Of a stretch of DNA of 32,000 bases, positions 16,907 through 25,853 are shown piece after piece. The DNA comes from Promethearchaeia archaeon (lineage in GTDB: Archaea; Asgardarchaeota; Lokiarchaeia; Sigyniarchaeales; SOKP01). Location: positions 90,001-122,000 of the forward strand of contig JAWOFX010000057.1 of NCBI GenBank assembly GCA_046497275.1, given 5' to 3'. The notes beneath the pieces were generated by a model. The model did no database searches. It worked only from the letters and a program-made list of their open reading frames with translations, and had not been told where the DNA came from. Position 1 is the stretch's first letter. Each line of letters starts with the position of its first letter. Both the position numbers and the translations under genes were made by a program.

Positions 16907-19762
16907 CTAAAAAAAATTTCCCTTTTTATGGAAATAATACTTATACATTTCTATACCAATAATTCCTGGGGATGCAAATAAAATACACATAAGCCAATCA
17001 GTGAAAGATAAAAATAGGAAATTTAGTTGGAAATTTAAACCTAAAATATTATTAATGACATTATTAACAGGATATGAAAATAAGACTAATAGAATATGAA
17101 TTAGGAGTGTAAATAAGACCACTAAAAATAATTTCAATGAGAATTCCTCCTTAATACTTTTTATAAGTTGTTTATTTGGTCGCCTAAATGTCCAAATGAA
17201 TGTGGTTTCCGCAATATATAACGTAGTAATAAACATTGTTCGTGCTTTCTGGTCAATTAATTGCTTTGGTGTAAAACTAGTTATATAACTTAGGTTTGGG
17301 TTTAAATTATATTTATTCAGTGGAAATCCACCAGCTAGAGTTATTTGTAAGACAAGTATTAGACCTATTCCTATTAGGAATGCTTGAAGAATTAACATTT
17401 TCCACATATTTTTATTTAAAATACCCTCATCATTTCTAGGAGGTTCTTTCATTATATCTTTTGGATATGTATCAACAACTAAAGCTAAAGAAGGTAATGA
17501 ATGAACTATCCCAAAAATATAGATATGTTGCCAATTTGAGATGAATAAATCAAAAAATGGAGAAAATTCATAAGCGAAAAAAATCAGACCTTCCATTAAA
17601 TTAAGACATATAAAAAAGTATATAATCGTCCTAATACGTGAAAAGAGCCCCCGTCCAACCTCAATACCCTTTCTAATAGAAATGAAATTATCATCTGAAA
17701 TTACCATATCGGATACGTCTTTTGCAACGTCTGTTCCAGTTATACCCATTGCAATTCCACAATTAGCCAATTTTAACGCAAGAGAATCATTAACACCATC
17801 TCCAGTCATAGCAACTACCTTTTTTTTCTTCTGATAATTATTAACAATAATTTCTTTATCTGATGGTTGAACTCGAGCGAATACAGTTATTTTCTCAAAA
17901 TCTAATTCATCTATATTCTTCATTTCATTACCTTCGATTACAATATCACCAGGATTAAAAATTCCTACCTCAGAAGCAACAGTTTTAGCTGTAGAAGGAT
18001 GATCTCCTGTGATCATAGTAACTTTAATATTAGCTGATTTACAATCTTCTACAGCTCCCTTCACTCCATCTCTAGGTGGATCAATGATGGAAATAACTCC
18101 TAATAAAATAAGATCTTGTTCTACTTCCTCCCTCTTTTTCATATGAATATCATCATCAAAATCAATATTTTTATAAGCTATGGCTAAATTTCTATAACCC
18201 ATATTCCCCTTTTTCTCTATTTTTTTGATTATATCACTTTTCATCATATTATCCAATATTTGTTTCTCTCCTTCAATTTCGATAAATCTTGAAAGATTTA
18301 ATATAATTTCGGGCGCACCTTTTGAGAATGCATATATTTTTGATTCATTACTATTACGTTTACAAATAGTGGTCATTCTCTTGATTTCTGAATTAAAAGG
18401 AAATTCTATAAGAATATCATAGTTACTTCTAATATCATAAATAATAACTCCAAATTTTTCAGCTAAAACTAATAATGCTGCTTCTGTAGGTGAACCTAAC
18501 GCCTTCCTAACTGCTTGAGATTTAATATTATGTTTTTTAATTTTCACATCTTCATATATCAGCTTAGCGTTATTATTTAATACCATCGAATCAATGAATT
18601 TTGAATAAGTGGGTTTGTTATTCAAACGAAATTTCTCTCCATCTTTCAAAACTTCACCTTCTGGATCATAGCCAGAACCAGTTACCTTTAAATCCTCATA
18701 ATTAATCCACATCTCTTCAACTGTCATTTCATTTTTAGTAATGGTTCCAGTTTTATCAGCGCAGATAACTGAAACCCTTCCCAAAGACTCTATTGAAGAT
18801 AAATTCTTAATAACAACTCCACTTTGAGCCATATTTAATACACCTGTTATTAAAACTAAAGTGACTAATAATGGTAAATTAATTGGCATGATATTCATTG
18901 CTCGCAATATTGAGTCTGTAAGTGCATTGGAAACCTCTTGATTTAAAATTGTCAATTTGTAAATGATGAGAACGGTAAGATTAATCAGAACGATTGTACC
19001 TAAGACATAGCCTAATCTATTTAGTTTTTTAGTTAAAGGAATCTCTTCTATCGATCCCATTTGATTGAGAGATTCCGATATTTGTCCTATTTTTGTCTCT
19101 TTCCCAGTACTTGTAATAACGACTTTAGCTCTTCCCGTATGTATATAAGTGCCCATAAAAACCATATTTTTTTGATCTTGTATAGGAATATCTTCTCTTT
19201 CAGGAATTTCTTCATTCTTTTCTATAGGCTCACTCTCGCCGGTCAAGGGAGCTTCATTCACAGATAAATCACTTGAATTAAAAATCCGTCCATCAGCGGG
19301 AATTTTAGAACCTTGATCTAATAAAACAATATCCCCTGGAACAATATCTCGAGAAGGTATTTCTTTTTGCTCATTATCACGAATGACTGTACTATTCAAA
19401 GCGGAAATTTTTTTGAGTGAATCTAAGGCCTTTTGAGCTCTATATTGTTGAATTATAGCAGTAGAAGAGTTAATGAACACTACTGTAAAGGTAATAATTG
19501 TTTCTGAAGGGGAACCAAGAATTATTATTGCAATCCCTGCGATGATAAGTATTAGAATTAAAAAATTAAATATTGGCGCTAAATAAATCCTCCATAGATT
19601 TCTTTTAACCTCTGGTAATTCATTATACCCATATTTTTCTATTCTTTTATTAACTTGTTTTGGATCTAATCCCTTTTTCGGATCAGTATTAAACTCTAAT
19701 AATAATTGGTCGAGTGATTTATTATAATAATTTGAAATCTTTTTGGAAGATTTATTAATCAT
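16907..19762 (-). CDS. P-type ATPase, P2A-like scaffold with non-canonical transport site (paralog 2)
   Basis: LTGES, DKTGTIT, KGAPE, DPPRDGV, MITGD, MTGDGVND; TM4 reads NIMPINLP. Confidence 0.93.
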   Translation of the reverse strand: MINKSSKKISNYYNKSLDQLLLEFNTDPKKGLDPKQVNKRIEKYGYNELPEVKRNLWRIYLAPIFNFLILILIIAGIAIIILGSPSETIITFTVVFINSSTAIIQQYRAQKALDSLKKISALNSTVIRDNEQKEIPSRDIVPGDIVLLDQGSKIPADGRIFNSSDLSVNEAPLTGESEPIEKNEEIPEREDIPIQDQKNMVFMGTYIHTGRAKVVITSTGKETKIGQISESLNQMGSIEEIPLTKKLNRLGYVLGTIVLINLTVLIIYKLTILNQEVSNALTDSILRAMNIMPINLPLLVTLVLITGVLNMAQSGVVIKNLSSIESLGRVSVICADKTGTITKNEMTVEEMWINYEDLKVTGSGYDPEGEVLKDGEKFRLNNKPTYSKFIDSMVLNNNAKLIYEDVKIKKHNIKSQAVRKALGSPTEAALLVLAEKFGVIIYDIRSNYDILIEFPFNSEIKRMTTICKRNSNESKIYAFSKGAPEIILNLSRFIEIEGEKQILDNMMKSDIIKKIEKKGNMGYRNLAIAYKNIDFDDDIHMKKREEVEQDLILLGVISIIDPPRDGVKGAVEDCKSANIKVTMITGDHPSTAKTVASEVGIFNPGDIVIEGNEMKNIDELDFEKITVFARVQPSDKEIIVNNYQKKKKVVAMTGDGVNDSLALKLANCGIAMGITGTDVAKDVSDMVISDDNFISIRKGIEVGRGLFSRIRTIIYFFICLNLMEGLIFFAYEFSPFFDLFISNWQHIYIFGIVHSLPSLALVVDTYPKDIMKEPPRNDEGILNKNMWKMLILQAFLIGIGLILVLQITLAGGFPLNKYNLNPNLSYITSFTPKQLIDQKARTMFITTLYIAETTFIWTFRRPNKQLIKSIKEEFSLKLFLVVLFTLLIHILLVLFSYPVNNVINNILGLNFQLNFLFLSFTDWLMCILFASPGIIGIEMYKYYFHKKGNFF

Positions 19763-19935
19763 TTTTTTAGTCTTTAATATTTAGAGAATAGGGTACATAA
19801 TTTACTAGATTAATAAATATCAAAAAATTCTTGTATTAAAAAGTTTGATATTTTGTTAAACTACCAGTTATTCAATTACTGAAGAATAATATTATCTAGT
19901 GTTATTCGAAAATAAGTTTTTACCAAATAAAATTC

Positions 19936-20916
19936 TCATTCTAATTCTAAAGTTTCCGGATCTCCAAGCATTTTAATTAACAAATGATGTTTTTTTCTAA
20001 TAGTAGTACTTGAAAAGTTAGTAACTTTTTCTATAAGACTTTGGATAAAGATTTTTTTATATTCTTTATCTAATGTTTGAGCTATATAATAGAGTAATCC
20101 AGCGGTGAATGCTTTATAATTTAAATTTTTAATTTGACTATAAGGAATTATTTTTAGGATTTTATCTAGCCTAAGTAACATATCAATCTTCAATTTGTCG
20201 AATTGTTGTTTATTTTCGAAATTTTCTTTAATCTGCTCATAGGGAATATCATTAATATTTTTCTGGAATAATATTTTTATTTTTTTTTTAATCTGTAGTT
20301 CCAATTCTGTTTTATTAATAGATTTATCTTTCTTGCGATTTTCAGCTTTTATAATTTTTAAAATTGCATCATTTAGCATTTTTTTATTGATTTTATGCCC
20401 TAATTCATTGCATACATCAATATATTCTTCCAATCGTACGTTAGTTGTGTCTTTTATTTCCATCCATACAATCGCAAGAAATATAATAACCATATTTTCA
20501 TGCGATTTCTTGTAATTTTTCAGATAATGGAGATATCTATCTTTTATTGCTTGAAATTTCACTTGATTGATATTCAATCCTATATCATATCCCTTCAAAA
20601 GGTCGATAGTTTTTTTTTGTTCAATAAAACTGGTTTCATAATCTTTAAACCATTTATCAATTGTTTTTATCTTATCATATTTACGCTTAACCTTTGGATC
20701 TTGCTTAGCTTTTGAGTCTCTAATTCTTATTCTACGTTCATAATCTTGTTGAGACTGATCGTAATAATCAATATGATTACCATTTCTTTCGAAATTTATG
20801 TATTCATGAAGGATTAACCCACAATCTTGGCAAATAAGATATCCTTTTTCACGTTTAACATTCTCATGGGGACATTCTAACATTTTTTTCTTATCTTTTT
20901 TATTTTTATCCTTCAA
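19936..20916 (-). CDS. Divergent TFB/TFIIB-like protein (Zn ribbon + two degenerate cyclin-like repeats)
   Basis: N-terminal CPH-x11-CQDCG zinc ribbon; C-terminal AFTAGLLYYIA...IQSLIEKVTNFSSTTIRKK resembles the last TFB cyclin/HTH repeat. Start may be ATG at 20883 rather than TTG 20916. Confidence 0.65.
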   Translation of the reverse strand: MKDKNKKDKKKMLECPHENVKREKGYLICQDCGLILHEYINFERNGNHIDYYDQSQQDYERRIRIRDSKAKQDPKVKRKYDKIKTIDKWFKDYETSFIEQKKTIDLLKGYDIGLNINQVKFQAIKDRYLHYLKNYKKSHENMVIIFLAIVWMEIKDTTNVRLEEYIDVCNELGHKINKKMLNDAILKIIKAENRKKDKSINKTELELQIKKKIKILFQKNINDIPYEQIKENFENKQQFDKLKIDMLLRLDKILKIIPYSQIKNLNYKAFTAGLLYYIAQTLDKEYKKIFIQSLIEKVTNFSSTTIRKKHHLLIKMLGDPETLELE

Positions 20917-21081
20917 GAAAATAATCCAAATTAGATTTTATATTTACTATTAATGAAATTTTTGAAATACAAAAAAAATAATTCAAAAAATTTATTTAAA
21001 TCTTTATATAATAAGAAATTAGACTATTATTTCAAACTATCATTACAAAAATGTTTGATATCAAATAGGTTTTGATTATAT

Positions 21082-21648
21082 ATGAAAAGAGAGATTATTT
21101 CAAACAATATAAAAATCTTTGGAGGATTTTTATTTATTATTATGTCTGTTTTAGAATTGATTAATTTATCTTTTATTCTTTTTACACCATTTAAAATAAA
21201 TGATACTTCAACAGCCTTTGCAAATTTAATTTTGCAACTTGATTATGGCGTCTTATTTAGTTTTATTTTATGGTTTACACTAGTTATGGTTATATTTTTC
21301 TTTTTAATAAATGGTTTTTATTTTGTAAAAATTTCAAAAAATGAATTAGAATCATTTGAATATTCTAAACACATCTTTTTGATGGGTTTGATTCTTCTTC
21401 TTTTAACATTTTTTAAAATGTGTATAATATACTTTATTGAAATTGGAGAAATTATAATTGGTGGGGAAATGATTCAATTGGAATCTGCGCTTCAAGATTT
21501 TAATTATATGCCAATATATTCATTCTATATGTGGCGTTTGTTAACTGTATCAGATTGTTATCGGCTTACATTTGGATTAGTTATGGGAGGATTTGGCTTA
21601 TATTGGCATTTAATTGAGGAAAAAAGAATTAAGCCTGATGAGGCATAA
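21082..21648 (+). CDS. Hypothetical membrane protein (about 4 TM)
   Basis: Four hydrophobic stretches; no recognised motif. Confidence 0.7.
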   Translation: MKREIISNNIKIFGGFLFIIMSVLELINLSFILFTPFKINDTSTAFANLILQLDYGVLFSFILWFTLVMVIFFFLINGFYFVKISKNELESFEYSKHIFLMGLILLLLTFFKMCIIYFIEIGEIIIGGEMIQLESALQDFNYMPIYSFYMWRLLTVSDCYRLTFGLVMGGFGLYWHLIEEKRIKPDEA

Positions 21649-21738
21649 TTATTAGAAAAAATAGAATAATTAAATAATCTAAATATTTACTAAAATTGAA
21701 AAATATCTAATATCTAAAACTATATAAAGGTAAATAAA

Positions 21739-22254
21739 ATGGATTTTTATCATGTGATTAAAAATAGGAGGAGTTATCGGTCTTACCATGACAAAGTACC
21801 TGAGGAAGAGAAAATCATCCGGATATTGAATGCTGCTCGTTTAGCTCCAACTTGGGCTAATTTTCAAGGTGTTCATTATATAATTGTGAGGGATCCTGAA
21901 AATGTAAATAAGATATGGAAAGCCATAGGGCAAGGAAAAAAGTTTGAGAGCGCTCCTATGTTCATTATTGGATTAATATCCCCCTCAGATTCGGGTAAAA
22001 ATATGAATGGAGAGAAATACTATGGGGTGGATTTTGGGATATGTTTTGAACATCTTGTTTTAGCATCCACAGCAGAAGATTTAGGTTCATGCTGGATTGG
22101 ATGGTTTAACGAAGAGAAAATAAAAGAGATACTGGAAATACCCGATAAATATAAGGTCATGGGCTTAACAGCTTTAGGATACCCTAAGAAACAAAAAGAT
22201 GAAGTTAAAGAGAGGAAGTCTTTGGAAGAAATCGTTCATTGGGAAAAATTTTAA
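21739..22254 (+). CDS. Nitroreductase family flavoprotein
   Basis: IKNRRSYRSY, AARLAPT..NFQ, LASTAEDLGSCWIG, LGYP, RKSLEEIV. Confidence 0.92.
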   Translation: MDFYHVIKNRRSYRSYHDKVPEEEKIIRILNAARLAPTWANFQGVHYIIVRDPENVNKIWKAIGQGKKFESAPMFIIGLISPSDSGKNMNGEKYYGVDFGICFEHLVLASTAEDLGSCWIGWFNEEKIKEILEIPDKYKVMGLTALGYPKKQKDEVKERKSLEEIVHWEKF

Positions 22255-22413
22255 CACTCTTTTTTTAATTTGCACATATAAGTTGAAAAACTTATTGTAG
22301 GATCAGTTAATTCAATATGGCAAGAATTATTAAAAATTTAAGTCGTGAAAATTAAATAATGGAATAATTTATTTTAAGTATTATAATTTAACTGATATTT
22401 CACACTTATAATT

Positions 22414-24126
22414 ATGAGATTAGTAAGGATTAATACTAAAGAAGATGAAATTATTTCTGAAGAGATCACTAAAGAATCAGATTTTTTTCTATTTGGTGCA
22501 AGAGCCTTAACTTCAAAAATTGTTAAAGAGGAAGTACCTCCAAAATCTGAGCCTTTTGGGCAAGATAATAAATTAATTATAGCAAATGGATTATTGACCG
22601 GAAGTCCATTTCCAAATTCTGCTCGGACCTCAATAGGAGGGAAGAGTCCTTTAACAAGGGGAATTAAGGAATCAAATACAGGCGGGAGGGGGGCCCTGTT
22701 ATTAGCTCAACATGGAATTAGAGGGTTGGTTTTAGAAAATAAATCTGAAAAGTGGAAAATTATTCTTATCGATGATGACGGAGTTCATTTTAAGAATGGA
22801 GAAGAATATAATGGATTAGGAAATTATGAGCTTTCTGAAAAATTATATGAAAAATATGGTAAAAGAATTGGGATATACTCAATAGGTCCTGCTGGAGAAA
22901 ATATGATGAAAGCATCAACCGTTGCATCTAATGATCTAGAAGGATATCCTTCTCGTCATGCAGCCAGAGGGGGGCTTGGTTCGGTCATGGGTTCGAAGAA
23001 AATCAAAGCAATAATAATTAAATTACCGCAAGAGTCTAAAGTAGAAATTAAAAATATTAAGAAATTTAGAGAAATATCAAAACCTTTTACAAAGAGTCTC
23101 GCGACTACTAAGGAAACTTTTTCGATATTTGGCACTCCCTTGATGATTAAAGCAATGAGTGAATATGGGGGATTACCTACAAAAAATTTCAGGAAAGGTT
23201 CTTATGATAAAGTTGATAAAATTTCAGGAGAAAGATTACATGAGTTAATTTTAGAACGTGGTGGTAAAAATAGATTAGCATGTTGTCCAACCTGCGTAAT
23301 AAGGTGCTCAAATTTAGTAAATGATGAAAAAGGTGAACATATTACTTCAAGTATGGAATATGAAACAATCGCCATGAATGGTTCTAATTTATTAATTGAT
23401 GATTTGGATGTGATAGCAAAAATTAATCGTGTTTGTGATGATTTAGGAATTGATACAATCGAATTTGGTGCTACTTTAGGAGTTGCTATGGATGCGGGAA
23501 AGGTTGAGTGGGGGGATTCTGAGAAAATTTTTGAATTACTTCATGAAATAGAGAACGGCTCAGAATTAGGAAAATTATATGGAAATGGGGTAATCCATTT
23601 AGCAGAAAGAATTGATCATAACAGAGTTCCTCAAGTGAAAGGTCAAGGATTTCCAGCTTATGATCCTCGCGTATTTAAAGCTATGAGTGTGACATTTGCA
23701 ACATCTCCAATGGGAGCCGATCATACTGCAGGTGCTGCTATAGCTGGCAGATCAGCTAGGCAGGATAAGGATTATGGAGAATTAACAGATAATGAAAATA
23801 AATTAGAATTATCATATGAATTACAAATCTATACTGCGGTTCTAGACTCTATGGGATGCTGTTATTTTATTGGACCAAGTTATGAGAATATGGAATTGAT
23901 TGCTGATGCGCTGAACGCCATGTATGACCTAAATTTAACTCGAGAGGATGTTATAGGTCTTGGTAAGCAGATAATTAAAAAAGAAATAGAATTCAATAGA
24001 CAAGCAGGTATTACAGAGGAAATGAATAAATTACCAAAATTTCTACGCTCAGAAGGTTCTGAACCTACCCAATTAAAAGTGACATTTCCAGAAGAAACTT
24101 TAAAATATTTCTGGAAAAATCTATAA
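22414..24126 (+). CDS. aor: Aldehyde:ferredoxin oxidoreductase family (W/Mo-pterin, Fe-S)
   Basis: KSPLT.GIKESN.GG, IGPAGEN, HAARGGLGSVMGSKKIKAI, CPTCVIRC, EYET, DDLGIDTI, GADHT motifs. Confidence 0.92.
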   Translation: MRLVRINTKEDEIISEEITKESDFFLFGARALTSKIVKEEVPPKSEPFGQDNKLIIANGLLTGSPFPNSARTSIGGKSPLTRGIKESNTGGRGALLLAQHGIRGLVLENKSEKWKIILIDDDGVHFKNGEEYNGLGNYELSEKLYEKYGKRIGIYSIGPAGENMMKASTVASNDLEGYPSRHAARGGLGSVMGSKKIKAIIIKLPQESKVEIKNIKKFREISKPFTKSLATTKETFSIFGTPLMIKAMSEYGGLPTKNFRKGSYDKVDKISGERLHELILERGGKNRLACCPTCVIRCSNLVNDEKGEHITSSMEYETIAMNGSNLLIDDLDVIAKINRVCDDLGIDTIEFGATLGVAMDAGKVEWGDSEKIFELLHEIENGSELGKLYGNGVIHLAERIDHNRVPQVKGQGFPAYDPRVFKAMSVTFATSPMGADHTAGAAIAGRSARQDKDYGELTDNENKLELSYELQIYTAVLDSMGCCYFIGPSYENMELIADALNAMYDLNLTREDVIGLGKQIIKKEIEFNRQAGITEEMNKLPKFLRSEGSEPTQLKVTFPEETLKYFWKNL

Positions 24127-24418
24127 CTAATATCATTTTTAATATCTTCTTCAATAATCAAAATTATTTTTTCAAAATACTATATTCAGAAGACTTCCTC
24201 TATTTATGTAGTAAGTGGGGGAAAAAAAACCGAAAAAATAATGATTTAACGTAATATCTTTCATATTATTATGAAAAATCTATAAAAATAATCAGGAAAA
24301 ACTACATTTCAATTAAAAATGTATCTGTTTGATTCATTATTATAATATGATTGAGCTTAATCCAATAATTTAACAAAGTTTAAATATTTCAAAAGAGAAT
24401 TTCAAATAACATAAATTT

Positions 24419-25756
24419 ATGCAAAATGGAATAAAAATAATGACACAAATAAGATGCAAAAGAATATTATCATACATCTTTATTTTCATACTTTTTTCAT
24501 CTATGATAACAGTTTCAGCAGTAGTATTATCTAATACTTCCAATTTCCAAACCAGTATTGATAATGAATATAGCTTAAAACAAGGAGGATTCTTGGATAA
24601 AGAAATTACACTATCTGTGGGAGATCTTCCTTACTCTGTAGTTATTGGGGATGCGAATAATGATGATCTTTTAGATATAGTGACTCCAAATAAGGGAGAT
24701 AATAGTATTTCCATCTTACTAGGAAACAGTACTGGAGGATGGGAACCTGAGATAAGAAAGTCCGTCGGACAGAGCCCTAGCAGAGTTGATATTGGGGATG
24801 CGGATAATGATGGACTAAATGATATACTTGTTTCAGATAGTTCCGAGCACAAGATAACTATTTTTCTTGGAAATAATGCGGGGGGATGGGAATCGGGAAT
24901 AAATAAATCTGTTGGAAGGGTGCCTGAGGATGTAAAGATTGGGGATATTAACAATGATTCATTAAATGATATTATTGTTGCTAATAGAGGTGATGATAGC
25001 ATTTCTATTTTTCATTGGAATGATTCTAGTAGTGATTGGGACCCTGAAATAACCGTTAATTTGGGAATAAGTCTCTATTATATAGATTTGGGCGATGTTA
25101 ATAATGATACGTTAAATGATATCGTTGCGACAGATAGTAGTAATTCTAAAATTTCTATCTTACTTGCAAATGAGAGTGGAGGATGGAATTCTGAAATTAT
25201 AAGAGATATGAATAATCACCCTTGGGGTGTTACTATTGGTGACGCTAATAATGATGGGTTAAATGACATCCTAACGGCAAATAAACTAAATGATAATGTT
25301 TCAATCTTATTGCAAAGTAATACTGGTGGATGGGAATCCGAAATATCTAAAGTAGTTGGAAATGAACCCCAAAATATAAAAGTTGGAGATCTAAATAATG
25401 ATACTTATAATGATATAGTCTGTTCAAATTTTCAAGAACAGGATCTTTCAATTTTTTATTGGAATGAAAGCATAAGTGAGTGGAATGATGAAGAGAAAAG
25501 AGATGTTAAAAGTGCCCCATACTATGGAATAGATGTTGGTGACGTAAATAATGACGGGCTAAATGAAGTAGTAACACCTTTAGGTTATCTAGATTCAATC
25601 AGTATTTTATGTTGGGAGGAGGATGATGAGACTCCTGATGGTAATGGTAATGGTAATGGACAAATTCCAGGGTATCCTATAGTTATAGTTGCGTCTATTT
25701 CGATAATATCAATCATTGCTTTAGTCTATAAATTAAGGAAAATCAGATACATCTAA
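24419..25756 (+). CDS. Secreted FG-GAP/VCBS seven-repeat beta-propeller protein with C-terminal IPGY-TM-basic (Loki-CTERM-like) anchor
   Basis: N-terminal signal-like hydrophobic segment; seven GDxN/DNDxxxD/E repeats; GN linker; IPGY at 25664-25675 followed by a TM segment and KLRKIR. Start may be the second ATG (MTQIR). Confidence 0.85.
   Translation: MQNGIKIMTQIRCKRILSYIFIFILFSSMITVSAVVLSNTSNFQTSIDNEYSLKQGGFLDKEITLSVGDLPYSVVIGDANNDDLLDIVTPNKGDNSISILLGNSTGGWEPEIRKSVGQSPSRVDIGDADNDGLNDILVSDSSEHKITIFLGNNAGGWESGINKSVGRVPEDVKIGDINNDSLNDIIVANRGDDSISIFHWNDSSSDWDPEITVNLGISLYYIDLGDVNNDTLNDIVATDSSNSKISILLANESGGWNSEIIRDMNNHPWGVTIGDANNDGLNDILTANKLNDNVSILLQSNTGGWESEISKVVGNEPQNIKVGDLNNDTYNDIVCSNFQEQDLSIFYWNESISEWNDEEKRDVKSAPYYGIDVGDVNNDGLNEVVTPLGYLDSISILCWEEDDETPDGNGNGNGQIPGYPIVIVASISIISIIALVYKLRKIRYI
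25638..25659 (+). repeat. Coding hexanucleotide repeat (ATGGTA)3.7 giving a GNGNGNG linker
   Basis: Direct reading of 25638-25659. Confidence 0.8.
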
Positions 25757-25759
25757 AAA

Positions 25760-25789
25760 TTCTTCTTTCTTTTTTTTCTAATTTTTTTT
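25760..25789 (+). terminator. Candidate U-rich terminator after the FG-GAP gene
   Basis: Long T-rich tract immediately after the stop codon at 25756. Confidence 0.4.
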
Positions 25790-25853
25790 AAAATCGGATT
25801 ATAATCATTGCGAGAAAATTTTCACACAATATTGTATACTCCTAACATAGAAA

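Noticed and set aside
13909-19762. Calling the ATPases true P4 flippases or ordinary Ca2+-ATPases
   Set aside because: TGES, the retained PxxLP and the lack of the TM5 Lys argue against true P4; loss of the TM4 Glu and TM6 Asp argues against a Ca2+ pump. Left unassigned.
188-20916. Selenocysteine read-through at TGA-terminated genes (ku, HDAC, DUF362, TFB-like)
   Set aside because: The TGAs fall at natural family C-termini, and the downstream frames I read close quickly or are low-complexity; the ku TGA overlaps the next gene's start. No SECIS recognised.
22985-23000. GGTTCGA resembling a tRNA T-loop
   Set aside because: Lies inside the AOR coding sequence (MGSKK) with no cloverleaf.
24259-24276. 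Palindrome TTTCATA-TTAT-TATGAAA upstream of the FG-GAP gene
   Set aside because: 7-bp AT-rich arms are expected by chance here; no exact second copy.
24419-25756. Periodic GATAATAATGAT-like DNA repeats as a possible CRISPR array
   Set aside because: They are degenerate, in-frame codons of FG-GAP protein repeats, not identical repeats with unique spacers.
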